From: Alphaproteobacteria bacterium
GTDB lineage: Bacteria > Pseudomonadota > Alphaproteobacteria > G965222575
Direction of reading: 5' to 3'
NCBI GenBank assembly: GCA_965222575.1
Contig: OZ244958.1
Coordinates: forward strand, 608,001-672,000
DNA length: 64,000 bases
In this document: positions 18,836 through 28,603 of the stretch, in pieces
How the letters are laid out: every line of letters starts with the position of its first letter
How positions within the stretch are numbered: position 1 is the first letter of the stretch
The notes under the pieces: generated by a model
Told to the model about the DNA's origin: nothing
Seen by the model: the letters and a program-made list of their open reading frames with translations, nothing else
Databases searched by the model: none
Translations under genes and position numbers: made by a program

Positions 18836-19645
18836 ATGGCAAGATTTTCTCCAGCTTCCTCCTTTTTGCCTTCCTTAGAGGCTGTCTCCTCCATTGCGAA
18901 AAAGGCGGGGGAAAAAGCGCTCCTTGTGCGCCAAAAAGGCTTGAAAATCAAAACAAAACAAGATGGCAGTCGCGTGTGCAATGCGGATATTCTCTGTGAA
19001 CAGGAAATTTTAAGCGCTCTTGAGGAACTTTCTCCATCCATTGCTGTGATTTCTGAAGAACAGCAGTCAACCCTGTCTTCCGTGTATCAAACCTTGCCCT
19101 CTCTTTACTATCTTGTAGACCCAATTGATGGCACAGAGGTCTTTATCAATGGGGAAAAGGAGTTTTGTATCAATATTGCCCTCATTTGTGAAGGGTGTCC
19201 CATTATGGGGGTTATTTACCAGCCTGCGACAAAAAAGCTTTATCAAGCTTTTAACCAATCTCCCCGGCGGGATGATGACAAAATCGCTTACACCGAGTAT
19301 TTACAATTTTGTTCTGTGGTTGTGTCCGGGTGGAAGCTTAAGCGGAGTAAAGTCATAGAGGACTTGCTTGCGTGTACAAAGACTGTAGAACAGTACCTTT
19401 GGTGTCATGCCGCTTGTAAATTTGGGTTTTTGTTGGAGGAGCGTGCACAGGTGTATCCTTCCTTATATCCCTTGCATTATTGGGACACGGCGGCTGGGAT
19501 AGCGCTTCTTGAAGCGGCAGGCGGGGTGAGTGTGCATCTCCACACAAGCCTTCCTGTGCGGTATCATACGCCCTCTCTTATCACCCAACCCTTTTTAGCT
19601 TTTTCTCCTGCTGTTGTTGCTAAGAGGAGAAATGCTCTTTCATAG
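18836..19645 (+). CDS. cysQ: 3'(2'),5'-bisphosphate nucleotidase CysQ
   Basis: K.DGS, ISEE, LVDPIDGT..F, EFCINIALI and WDTAAG. Confidence 0.85.
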   Translation: MARFSPASSFLPSLEAVSSIAKKAGEKALLVRQKGLKIKTKQDGSRVCNADILCEQEILSALEELSPSIAVISEEQQSTLSSVYQTLPSLYYLVDPIDGTEVFINGEKEFCINIALICEGCPIMGVIYQPATKKLYQAFNQSPRRDDDKIAYTEYLQFCSVVVSGWKLKRSKVIEDLLACTKTVEQYLWCHAACKFGFLLEERAQVYPSLYPLHYWDTAAGIALLEAAGGVSVHLHTSLPVRYHTPSLITQPFLAFSPAVVAKRRNALS

Positions 19646-20381
19646 GGCCTTCTGTTTTTCCATGAAGAAATTGTTGCACATAGGGGTTTTTTGTTTGGTG
19701 AAGGTCTTTGATGGAGCCTTGCCATAACAAGGAGCCTTCATACATCATGCCGACTTTGTCTCCGATGATAGAAGCACAAGCAAGATTGTGGGTAATGGAG
19801 ATACCGGTAGCCCCTAGAATCTTGACACATTTTACAATGAGCTGGTTGATTCGTGCAGAGGTGATGGGGTCTAGTCCTGTTGTTGGCTCATCGAAGAGCA
19901 GGACGGAGGGGTTGGGGGCGATGGTTCTTGCCAGGGCGGCACGTTTTTTCATACCGCCTGATAAAGACGCTGGATATAAAAGTGCTGTTGCTTCATTCAG
20001 TCCTACCCTTTCTAAGGTGGATAACGCCATGGGATAGGCGTCTTTCTTAGAGGCTTTTTTTTGAGCGATTATACCGAAGGCGACATTTTCCCAAACCCGC
20101 AAGCTATCAAAAAGCGCACCGCCCTGAAACAGCATGGAAACATGGCGGTAAAGAAACGGGTGATTTTTCGCAAGACTCACCTCTACGCCGTCCAGATAAA
20201 TATGCCCGCTATCCACCTGTAAAAGACCCAACAAACATTGCAGTGCCACCGTTTTCCCCTGACCAGAGCCTCCTAAAATCACAAAGGATTCGCCTGCCTT
20301 AACTTCAAATGATAGCTTGTTCAGAACGATTTTGTTTCCGAAACGCTTACACACACTATCAAAAATAATGGATTTTCCCAT
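19620..20381 (-). CDS. mlaF: MlaF-type ABC transporter ATPase
   Basis: GGSGQGKT, FQGGALFDS, LSGGMKKR and DEPTTGLDP. Confidence 0.9.
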   Translation of the reverse strand: MGKSIIFDSVCKRFGNKIVLNKLSFEVKAGESFVILGGSGQGKTVALQCLLGLLQVDSGHIYLDGVEVSLAKNHPFLYRHVSMLFQGGALFDSLRVWENVAFGIIAQKKASKKDAYPMALSTLERVGLNEATALLYPASLSGGMKKRAALARTIAPNPSVLLFDEPTTGLDPITSARINQLIVKCVKILGATGISITHNLACASIIGDKVGMMYEGSLLWQGSIKDLHQTKNPYVQQFLHGKTEGPMKEHFSS

Positions 20382-20392
20382 GGGAGTCGTTT

Positions 20393-21184
20393 TTAACTAA
20401 AAAATAAAGCGGAAACCAAGTAATTCGCTGCGAGAATCATAATAGAGGCGGTGACAACAGAGTGAGTCGTTGCCTTTCCGACGCCTTGTGAGCCTCTTTG
20501 GGAGTAAAACCCGAAATAGCAGCCGCATAATGCAATAATCATCCCAAAGACACAGGCTTTAGTAAGTCCAGATAGCACATCTTGTAGCACGAGAAATTCC
20601 AAGCTTTTTTGGATATATAAGGCATTGCTAATGTTGAGTTTTTGGGTACTCACCAGCATACCGCCAAGGATACCCATGGCGTCAGCGACAATGGTGAGCA
20701 GGGGCATGGAGATGGTTGTAGCGATGAGACGTGGGGCTACGAGGTATTGTAACGGGGGTGTCGCAAGAGTTTTGAGGGCATCGATTTGTTCTGTGACGCG
20801 CATGGTGCCGATTTCAGCGGCTTGAGCGGCGGCAATGCGTCCTGCAATCATCAGTCCTGTTATCACGGGGCCTAGCTCGCGGGTAATGCCGATGACGACA
20901 ATGGCGGCGACGGTATCTTCTGCGTTAAAACGCGTACTGCCGATGAAAATCTGGAGGGCTAAAACCGCACCGGTGAAGAGGGCGGTCATTCCAACTACAG
21001 GCAAGGAGTTATAGCCGGTAAAAATCAACTGGTGCAGGGTATTTTGTAGATAAAAAGGCGGACGAAAGATCGCTATAACTCCGCGTAGACCAAAGAGGCA
21101 AAAATGTCCTATCTGGTATAGTACTGATAGGACATAAGCACCAAGAAGAGCGAGGGGGTTTTTAGAGGGTGAGCGAAAGGGCAT
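20393..21184 (-). CDS. mlaE: MlaE ABC transporter permease
   Basis: RELGPV, AEIGTMRVTEQIDAL and GVGKATT. Confidence 0.94.
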   Translation of the reverse strand: MPFRSPSKNPLALLGAYVLSVLYQIGHFCLFGLRGVIAIFRPPFYLQNTLHQLIFTGYNSLPVVGMTALFTGAVLALQIFIGSTRFNAEDTVAAIVVIGITRELGPVITGLMIAGRIAAAQAAEIGTMRVTEQIDALKTLATPPLQYLVAPRLIATTISMPLLTIVADAMGILGGMLVSTQKLNISNALYIQKSLEFLVLQDVLSGLTKACVFGMIIALCGCYFGFYSQRGSQGVGKATTHSVVTASIMILAANYLVSALFFS

Positions 21185-21185
21185 G

Positions 21186-22277
21186 TTAGGAGAGATAGCA
21201 TTTTTTAGCCCCCCCTTGTCCTAATCGTAACAGTAACTCATAGGGCATGGAAGAGGCTTGAAAGCTTGTGTTTTCTAGTGAAAGCTTGTTTCCTATCAAG
21301 GTGACGCAAGCCCCTCGCAGGGAAAAAGGGTTGGGAATATGAGAGACATCTAAAATGGACAGGTTCATGGACACTCTGCCTAAGATGGGGACAGGTTTAC
21401 GCTCGAAGTTGTCTAGGTGGAGCAGGGCTTTCGGCGGGTGTCTGCTCAGGGCGAAGGGGTATCCTTCTGCATATCCTGCTGGAATTGTTGCTACTATCTT
21501 ATGAGACTTGCACTCATAGGTACAGCCATATCCAATTGTGTCACCGGGTATCAGGGTACGGACTTGTAAAATATTTGCCTGTAGTTCGACCACGGGCTTG
21601 ATAATTTTTTTCGCTTTTGGACAACACGCCACGCCGTAAATAGCGATACCGGGTCTTAAAAGGGCGCCGTGGAAGTCTTCTCCTAGAAAGATACCGGCTG
21701 AATTGCATAAAGACCATGGTAGTCCAAAGGTTTTAGAGATGTTCACCAAATCGTCCCTTTGTTTTCTATTGAGGGGATTGTTTTCTTCTTCGGCGCAGGC
21801 AAGATGACTCATGAAGCATCGAATATTGAGGGTTTTGAGGAGTGGTGCGCACTCTTTGAGCATCTGTGATTGCAGACCTTGTCTATTCATGCCTGTGTCT
21901 ACATGGACAATGCAGGGTGGGGGGTGTGTTTGTGTTGCGGTGATGGTTGCCCATTGTTGTATTTCCATGCGTGTGGTGAGCACGGGATAGATTTTGTTAT
22001 GGAGAGCTTGTTGTTCTGCGCCGATTGGAATGCCGTTAAAGGTAAAAAAGACTGTATCAGAGGGGAGGTGGTTACAAATGTCTAGGGCTTCTTGCAGGTG
22101 AGAGACAAAAAAGATTCGACACCCTATGGCGCTGAGTGTTTTTGTGACGGACTCTGCGCCGAGGCCATAGGCGTTGGATTTCACAACAGCCCCGCAAGTA
22201 GCGTGAGGGCTTAAATCCCTTAGGGCTTTCCAGTTAGAAGCTAGAGCGCCAAGGTGAATGGTCACAATGGCTTGCAT
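21186..22277 (-). CDS. alr: Alanine racemase
   Basis: AVVKSNAYGLG, HVDTGMNR, SHLACA, RPGIAIYG and GRVSM. Confidence 0.95.
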   Translation of the reverse strand: MQAIVTIHLGALASNWKALRDLSPHATCGAVVKSNAYGLGAESVTKTLSAIGCRIFFVSHLQEALDICNHLPSDTVFFTFNGIPIGAEQQALHNKIYPVLTTRMEIQQWATITATQTHPPPCIVHVDTGMNRQGLQSQMLKECAPLLKTLNIRCFMSHLACAEEENNPLNRKQRDDLVNISKTFGLPWSLCNSAGIFLGEDFHGALLRPGIAIYGVACCPKAKKIIKPVVELQANILQVRTLIPGDTIGYGCTYECKSHKIVATIPAGYAEGYPFALSRHPPKALLHLDNFERKPVPILGRVSMNLSILDVSHIPNPFSLRGACVTLIGNKLSLENTSFQASSMPYELLLRLGQGGAKKCYLS

Positions 22278-23746
22278 TAAGCGGTCTGAGAATGGTCTAC
22301 GGGCGGTAAGGAGAAGGAGGTATCATCTGTAGTAGAAGAGAAGTGTGTGAATTCCGGGGTGAAGGCGACAATGATTTCCCCGGTATCGCCATTTCTGTTT
22401 TTTCCGACTATTAAGGATGCTTTATTGTGGACTTCATCACATTGCTTTTGCCATTTTTGCAATTTTTCCGTTTCGTTTTCCGGGGGTTTGGCATTTTTGA
22501 GGTAATACTCTTCTCTATAGATAAACACGACGATATCGGCATCCTGTTCAATGGCACCTGAGTCGCGTAGGTCTGCGAGGTTGGGGCGTTTATCGGCGCG
22601 AGATTCCACGGCTCTGTTGAGCTGTGAGATAGCAATCACGGGGATTTTTAGGTCTTTCGCTAAGAGTTTGAGGTGTCTGGAGATTTCTGATATTTCTTGG
22701 GTGCGGTTCTCAATGGAAGACGTTATGCTATTGCTTGCTCGTAGGAGTTGGATATAATCCACAATCAACAAATCCAAGCCTGTTCGTCGTTTGAGTCGTC
22801 TTACGCGTGCAGACAAGCGTGCAATGGAGCTTTCGGCAGAATCATCGATATAAAGCGGCAAGGATTCTAAGGATTCCACAGCGGGAATATACTGTTCTTT
22901 TAGTATCTGTGTTGATTCCTTAGGGTTTTTATGAAGGTTTAGGATTTTTTCTTTTGACAGCTGTGACTTGTGGCAAATCAGCCTCTGTGCGATTTCCGCC
23001 GCGCTCATTTCCAAGGAACAGAAAGCCACTCTTCCGCCTATTTTGCCTTGACTTTTGTAGTACAATTCTGAGGTATTCAGTGCAATGGTGGTTGCTAGAG
23101 CGGTTTTGCCTATACTAGGGCGTGCGGCTACAACGATTAAATTTTGTGGTAAAAGCTTTCCGATTTTTGCGTCTAAGCCTTGTAATCCCGTTGTGACGCC
23201 TTCATTTTTAGAGATTTTTTCTATTAAATCTTCGGCTTCTTTAATGGAATCCTTCATGTCTTTCGCGGCGCGGTGCCGCTCGCCTTTTTCACACAGAGCG
23301 TACAGCTCTTGCTCTGCTTCGTCTAGTTGTTCTTGTGCTGTTTGCAGGGAATCCATGTTATAAACGTTAGAAGAAATCTTCTCAGCGAGCTTTAACAGGG
23401 CTCTCTTTTTACTTAAATCCCATAAGATTCTCGCATATTCCTGAGCAGCGACTCCTTCTGTAGCATTCTTTGATAAGGTGTGAAAATAATGCGGGTCTTG
23501 AAGTTCTTGATAGCTTTCATTGTTCAGGAGTGTATTGTGCAAGATTGCCGGCGTGACCCCCATGGATTTTTCAATCAGTTGCTTGCAAATGCTAAACACA
23601 TGGCGATGAAAGGGGTCGAAAAAGTCCTCCTCTTTGATATAGGCTATTTCATCATAAAGACTATTATTGAGGAGAATTTTTCCTAGCAGTTGCATTTCTG
23701 CTGCGGGATTTTGTGGGAGTTGTAAGGAAGAGGAGGATTGCGCCAC
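22277..23746 (-). CDS. dnaB: Replicative DNA helicase DnaB (likely GTG start near 23746)
   Basis: LPQN..AE..LLG, AARPSIGKT, SLEMS, VDYIQL, SQLNR and DLRDSGAIEQDAD. Confidence 0.95.
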   Translation of the reverse strand: MAQSSSSLQLPQNPAAEMQLLGKILLNNSLYDEIAYIKEEDFFDPFHRHVFSICKQLIEKSMGVTPAILHNTLLNNESYQELQDPHYFHTLSKNATEGVAAQEYARILWDLSKKRALLKLAEKISSNVYNMDSLQTAQEQLDEAEQELYALCEKGERHRAAKDMKDSIKEAEDLIEKISKNEGVTTGLQGLDAKIGKLLPQNLIVVAARPSIGKTALATTIALNTSELYYKSQGKIGGRVAFCSLEMSAAEIAQRLICHKSQLSKEKILNLHKNPKESTQILKEQYIPAVESLESLPLYIDDSAESSIARLSARVRRLKRRTGLDLLIVDYIQLLRASNSITSSIENRTQEISEISRHLKLLAKDLKIPVIAISQLNRAVESRADKRPNLADLRDSGAIEQDADIVVFIYREEYYLKNAKPPENETEKLQKWQKQCDEVHNKASLIVGKNRNGDTGEIIVAFTPEFTHFSSTTDDTSFSLPPVDHSQTA

Positions 23747-23814
23747 GAAAAACGATTCTGTTGGTGATGAAGATTTTATTAGGGGGAAATAGTCTACACC
23801 GAAAGCATTTTTCT

Positions 23815-24183
23815 CTAAAGAGAAAACTGCCACTTTTTTTTCAAGGCGATTTTGAGTTTTTCTCGAAAGATAGTCATGAGGCTTAGTCCAGTGAGAAAGC
23901 GAATATCTGTAGAGGTCATGTGCGTTTCCTGTAAGAGGACTCTCGCATGAGAGAGGCTTCCGCGTTGGCTGGTATTTTTTCTGATTGTTTTGTACCATCG
24001 TCTTGGTTTTTCTGGGGGAGGTGTGTTGTGTGTGTGGGAGCGGGGGCGTGGGTGCGGTTTCACGGGGGGAGGTGTTTGCAGGCGTTTTAGGGCAAGGGCT
24101 GCATTGTTTCTTTCGCCTTCATAGGGGCTTTCAGCGGCTAGGCGCGCAAGTGTTAAGAGGCGATTCTTTGAAGGATTGAGCAT
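23815..24183 (-). CDS. Small hypothetical protein with DUF2786-like N-terminal hairpin and possible C-terminal HTH
   Basis: RLLTLARLAAESPYEGERNNAALALKRL, a Pro-rich linker and TDIRFLTGLSLMTIF. Confidence 0.5.
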   Translation of the reverse strand: MLNPSKNRLLTLARLAAESPYEGERNNAALALKRLQTPPPVKPHPRPRSHTHNTPPPEKPRRWYKTIRKNTSQRGSLSHARVLLQETHMTSTDIRFLTGLSLMTIFREKLKIALKKKWQFSL

Positions 24184-24201
24184 GTAAAGTGACCTCGCAA
24201 A

Positions 24202-24492
24202 TGCCGGCCTTCTGTTGCAAGGTGGCCGGCGACCCCACTTAACCGCGTGCTTGCGGTTAAGATTTCACGTTTTCAAGCGAGGCTTGTGCTAAGCAGCAAG
24301 ACGCGCTTGTGCCATTGTATTATTGGCTCGTTATGATTGACCCTAAGCGGTGGAATCGTACCGAACGAAGCTATCACTCTTTAGACGCGCATCGAAGCTA
24401 TTTCACCCCCCTCGGTGGAGGTGCCGGGTACTGCCCCCGGGTCTGCTCGCTTATGACAGTGCAGGTTTATCGTTATAGTGATGAACCATCAC
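24202..24492 (-). ncRNA. ssrA: Two-piece (circularly permuted) tmRNA; tag (A)ANNTMAQARLAA
   Basis: On the minus strand, the acceptor piece GACCCGGGGGCAGTACCCGGCACCTCCA precedes the coding piece GGGGGTGAAATAGCTTCGA. The tag ORF at 24327-24289 ends LAA*. A terminal GCCGGCC..GGCCGGC hairpin follows. Ends are approximate. Confidence 0.93.
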
Positions 24493-24499
24493 AGCACGC

Positions 24500-24529
24500 A
24501 GTATAGCACAAGGACTTTACCATTTTCAA
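24500..24529 (-). promoter_or_regulatory. Sigma70 promoter of ssrA
   Basis: Minus strand TTGAAA-N18-TATACT. Confidence 0.7.
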
Positions 24530-24666
24530 ACCCAATAAACTAAACAGGTGAGACTTCAAAAAGAGACCTGCTCTTGCGAGAATCCTTTAAGTAAAGATTA
24601 TTCTCCTTGTTTTTTTCAGAAAAACCCCCTATCTTGAAATAAATATCAGTAATTTTTGTTAGTTCC

Positions 24667-25506
24667 GTGATGTTTTTTAGGAGATTACCTTTTCGTTATT
24701 GCTTTTTGTATCGCTTTCAACAGACTTTTTTTTCGGGATTTGTCTGCTTTCTAGTTCTTCTAGGGGGGCAAGCGGCGCAAGGGAGAAGTGAGTCGTATTT
24801 TATGATTGGAGCTGGACAACTTTTTTTGGATGGGAACTATAGTAACACTCCACCTGTAGTAGTGTACCGCGAGTGATTGAGCTTGAAGCCGGTGGTTTTT
24901 TGGACAATTATATGTTTGAAGCGGCTGTAGGGTACAGATTCCTCTTAGGCGATACGGGCAGTAGCATAGGGGTGGAAATTTACCGCACACAGCAACTTTT
25001 GCTCCCCTATAGGAATGAGAGCATATTCATCTCTAGTAGTCGCCGAATACAACGGTTGAATACTGAGGATGTCAAACTGGACATATATGGGATTTCTTTT
25101 CCTGTTGGGGTTCGACTCAAGGAGGCGGCTTTGGGGAATTGGGATTTAAGGACTTATATCCTAGTAGGGTATATGGTTTCGCGCATTGAAGGGTTTTTTG
25201 CTGCTTTTGGTCTCGCCGGATGGCAACTCGGCGAGTTGAAAGAGAGGCATGTTTCCTTTGGGGGACGGCTTGTTTTACGAAAAAAAAGAGAGCTGTTCGC
25301 TTTAACCTATACGCAATCTTCCGTACGCTTTCCCTATGATATGGCCTATAGCTTTAAGCTTTGTAGTAGTGGTAATCTAGGAATCCAAAAGTTTGGAGCA
25401 AAGGTGTGATCCCTATGAGGAGGTTTTGGAATCAGAATACGATAAGAAAATAGGGCCTAAACGGGTTATCCGTCGTCTTCTGGTACAATATGGTTTTGTG
25501 AGATAG
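24667..25506 (+). pseudogene. Outer-membrane beta-barrel paralog 1, with frameshifts near 24855 and 25400
   Basis: Signal peptide with YFMIGAGQ, then an out-of-frame AVGYRF..GISFPVG segment; a third frame ends RRLLVQYGFVR* at 25506. Confidence 0.65.
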
Positions 25507-25510
25507 ACTG

Positions 25511-26164
25511 ATGCTGTTGTGTCCCAATAAAAAACTTTTCAGAAGGGTATGCTTCCCCGCTCTTGCGAGTTGTTGGGCTTTGTTGTCTCCTACTATGGCT
25601 CTTGCTAAGAGTGTTGATGCTTTTCATTTTTCCATTGGGACCTCCCTCACGTATATAGGAAAAGAGCAGGGGATGTCTTATGGCCTGCAAGTGGGATATA
25701 ATCGTCCGTTAGGCAACGACATATACATAGGCCTTGATTTCCACTTTAGGAATTTAGGGCAATTTAAGAGTACGGGAGTGATTCCTGTCAACATCAAGAT
25801 GGGGGCTGTCTCCCTGCCCATTGGCGTGGTCTTGGTTGAAAATTTAGCAAATTGGCAACTCCTCTCCTATTTCCGCTTTGGTTTCGTAAAACTCAGCTTT
25901 TCCACTGCTGATGAGATCCCCTTCAGTAATAAAACTAATGAAAAGGTGTGGAATAAAAAAATGTGGGGAGTAGGGTTGCGGTTTACGGCCCATAAGACAG
26001 GCTTGATGGCAGCCTTGGAGTATACCAGAATAAAAGCGTATTTCCCCGATATGTCGGAGATTTCCCGAGTAAAGCTTCTGAACTATTCTTCTAGTAACCC
26101 TTCTATTGACTTTGAGGATGTGGTCTTACACCAATTTATGGTACAGGTGGGGTATAGATTCTAA
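25511..26164 (+). CDS. Outer-membrane beta-barrel paralog 2
   Basis: Signal peptide (AMA/ALA cleavage), amphipathic strands, AVSLPIG and terminal QVGYRF beta-signal. Confidence 0.8.
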   Translation: MLLCPNKKLFRRVCFPALASCWALLSPTMALAKSVDAFHFSIGTSLTYIGKEQGMSYGLQVGYNRPLGNDIYIGLDFHFRNLGQFKSTGVIPVNIKMGAVSLPIGVVLVENLANWQLLSYFRFGFVKLSFSTADEIPFSNKTNEKVWNKKMWGVGLRFTAHKTGLMAALEYTRIKAYFPDMSEISRVKLLNYSSSNPSIDFEDVVLHQFMVQVGYRF

Positions 26165-26841
26165 ATGTTGTATCGGTTTCCACTCTCTTTAGTTAGGCAG
26201 GGTCTTTTCCCTGTGGTGGCATGGCTTGCGTTACTCCTCTGCCCTAGCGTTGCCTTAGCAGAGGGATTTGTCACCTTTGGATTGGGACGTACAAACTTTG
26301 GTGAAGAGGAAGGCCTGAGGTTCCCGAGGTTTTCAAAGGCAGTAGTTCTCACAGCACGCTTTCTTATGAAGTAGGGATAAGGACTTTTGTCGTTGTGGAC
26401 AGTCAACTGGTTTTAGGATTGGATGCCTTATATTATGACTTTGGTAAAGTGCCTTTTAGTAGAGTTGGTTAAGGGAAAAAAAAGCCTTTTGGTAGAGGGG
26501 ATAGTACTAGAACAAAAAAAGTGAGTAATTACAGTATAGCCCTTACTCTAGGACGCCGTATGTCTTATGGCGGCAAAGCCCTAACCCCTTATGTGAAAGC
26601 TGGAAATGCTAGATATTATTCGGCAGGCGGACACAGAAGTGTTATTTTCCAGGGCAAAACGACAACGATTATAGCGGGGGACAATTTTTCCTATACGTTC
26701 TTTGGGCTTGGTGTGCGCCTAGAAATTACCGACAGACATTTCATAGGATTGGAGAGGATTACCTCTCGTGTACACTTCACTGATAGGAAAATGATACCGT
26801 ACCGGCGTCTTTCTTTTTATTATGCTTATAAGACTTGGTAG
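26165..26841 (+). pseudogene. Outer-membrane beta-barrel paralog 3, multiple frame disruptions
   Basis: Signal peptide with FVTFGLGRT; middle segment LSYEVGIRT..LGLDALYYDFG in another frame; 3' part PYVKAG..FGLGVRL..YAYKTW. Confidence 0.65.
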
Positions 26842-26843
26842 AG

Positions 26844-27647
26844 ATGCAACAAGCTATTAGGATTATCATTGCTCTTTTGTTGATGCTCCCGTATTTTGAG
26901 GTACGTGCGCAGTATCTGTATGCTGGATTTGGTATTGGGAGGACCTTTGCAGGCGGTATCACGGTTCCTTTTGAGAGTCAAATTGAGGGGTCGGACTTAA
27001 AGGCTGAGGGGGATATCCAAGTGGCTGAAAAAAAAGAAGAATTGGTCTCTTTTTCCCTTGGGTATGAAGTGTATAAAAATCGTCTGTTTTGGGGGCTTGA
27101 CTTTACTGTTTTATCTTATGGCATCATGGATCAGATGATGGTGTTGCGTCAACTAAAAGACAATGAGATACTTGTCTCAGGGGATTTAGATAGCGCCCTG
27201 AAGATACCCTTAGAAAAAGTGGAAGGGCATTCTTTCACCTTCATGATGCCCATTGGATTTCAGATGGTGCGGTTTCAAAGCTGGAGTATTATCCCTTACG
27301 GAAAATTTGGCTATAGCCGCACAACGCTTGTTGTCAATCCTCAAGATGTTGATGTAAGGGAGCATGCTGGGGCAGATGTTGTGTTGCCTGAAAACCCTGT
27401 CTTGACGATACAACTCAAAAGAGAGGTCTACAGTAAAATTACTTATGGAGTGGGGGTATATTTTAATAACCATAGGTCTGGGGTAGGGATAAAGATTGAT
27501 TATATGGCCTTTCCTGCTGTACTGCCTCCGCAGATAAAGGGGAGCTTTGTCCAAAATAGTGGTACATTCTCGGCACTGGGGGTAGAAAAACAAGAAAAAA
27601 TCTTCCATACTATCATGGTAAGATTTGTTATACGATTTAGCCCCTGA
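26844..27647 (+). CDS. Outer-membrane beta-barrel paralog 4
   Basis: Signal peptide, YLYAGFGIGR, SLGYE, MPIGF, PYGKFGY and YGVGV. Confidence 0.8.
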   Translation: MQQAIRIIIALLLMLPYFEVRAQYLYAGFGIGRTFAGGITVPFESQIEGSDLKAEGDIQVAEKKEELVSFSLGYEVYKNRLFWGLDFTVLSYGIMDQMMVLRQLKDNEILVSGDLDSALKIPLEKVEGHSFTFMMPIGFQMVRFQSWSIIPYGKFGYSRTTLVVNPQDVDVREHAGADVVLPENPVLTIQLKREVYSKITYGVGVYFNNHRSGVGIKIDYMAFPAVLPPQIKGSFVQNSGTFSALGVEKQEKIFHTIMVRFVIRFSP

Positions 27648-27672
27648 ATGATGAAATTGAGCGAGAATTAAA

Positions 27673-28517
27673 ATGAAGAGTTCCTTTATCCCTATTGTTG
27701 TGTTTGCTATCCTCTTGTTGACAAGTGCTAGTGTGTGCCAGGCGGCGCCATTTTTACAAGGGGATAAAAAATTGTATGTCTTGTTTGGGATATCGTCTCC
27801 TTCTATAGAGAAGAAAACCATTGCCTTGAGTCGGTTAGATACGGGGGACTTTGCCGGGGATATCAGCATGAAAAGCAATGAGCTTTTAGCACCCGGGGTG
27901 ACAATAGGGTATGCTTGGCGGTTAGGCAGTTTTGAGGTAGGCGTGGATGTTTCTTATGACTTTTTAAGTGCGACGCAACAGACCTTAGTGCTTAGCAAAT
28001 ATGGAACAGAGGAGGCAATTGCCTATTTTGACGGTACCGCTCACAGGACAGAAGGCTTGAATATCCTTTGAAGGATATCAAGATGAGGAGTTTTTCAATT
28101 TCTTCTCCTTTTGGCGTGAGTGCTGGGCGGCTTCGAACGTGGGATGTCCTGTTCTTTGGTCGCGCCGGTACGCAATATACAAAGACAACCGTCACACAGC
28201 AAGTTTTTTCTCCTGCTTCTTTCAAAAGAGTGAATGAAGCCGATGTAATTGGCACAGAAGGATGGGTCAATTTAGATAAAGATGATGACGACGCCATAGG
28301 AAGCACAACTTTGGGGGGAACCTCCATTTCAAAATTCACTTTGTTGATAGGCGGCGGCGTGAAGTTCTTTGAAGATAGAGGAATCATTGTCAGTCTGGAA
28401 TACCTTTATACACATGTCTTTATTCCTAAGCAGCCTGACAAGGCAGGCTATTTTTCATATGAAGGGTTTAAGGTGCGCATGAAACGGTTGGTGTATTCTG
28501 TAGGATACCGCTTTTGA
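27673..28517 (+). pseudogene. Outer-membrane beta-barrel paralog 5, single frameshift near 28066
   Basis: ORFs 27673-28071 and 28068-28517 join if one C is added (NIPLKDIK, compare KIPLEKV in paralog 4); ends SVGYRF. Confidence 0.75.
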
Positions 28518-28603
28518 GGTTGGGTTCGTATTAAGAGTTTGTTAATTCCTGCTTAATAGCCTATTACCCAATGGGTTTTGTTGTGGATGGGAGATAGCAT
28601 CTG

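Noticed and set aside
23747-23998. N-terminal extension or intein in DnaB
   Set aside because: DnaB homology starts at LPQN, the extension overlaps a more plausible ORF, and no intein-sized insertion is present.
24667-28517. Alternative genetic code (stop readthrough) explaining broken OMPs
   Set aside because: Most breaks need a frame change, and TGA, TAA and TAG all end conserved genes normally in this window.
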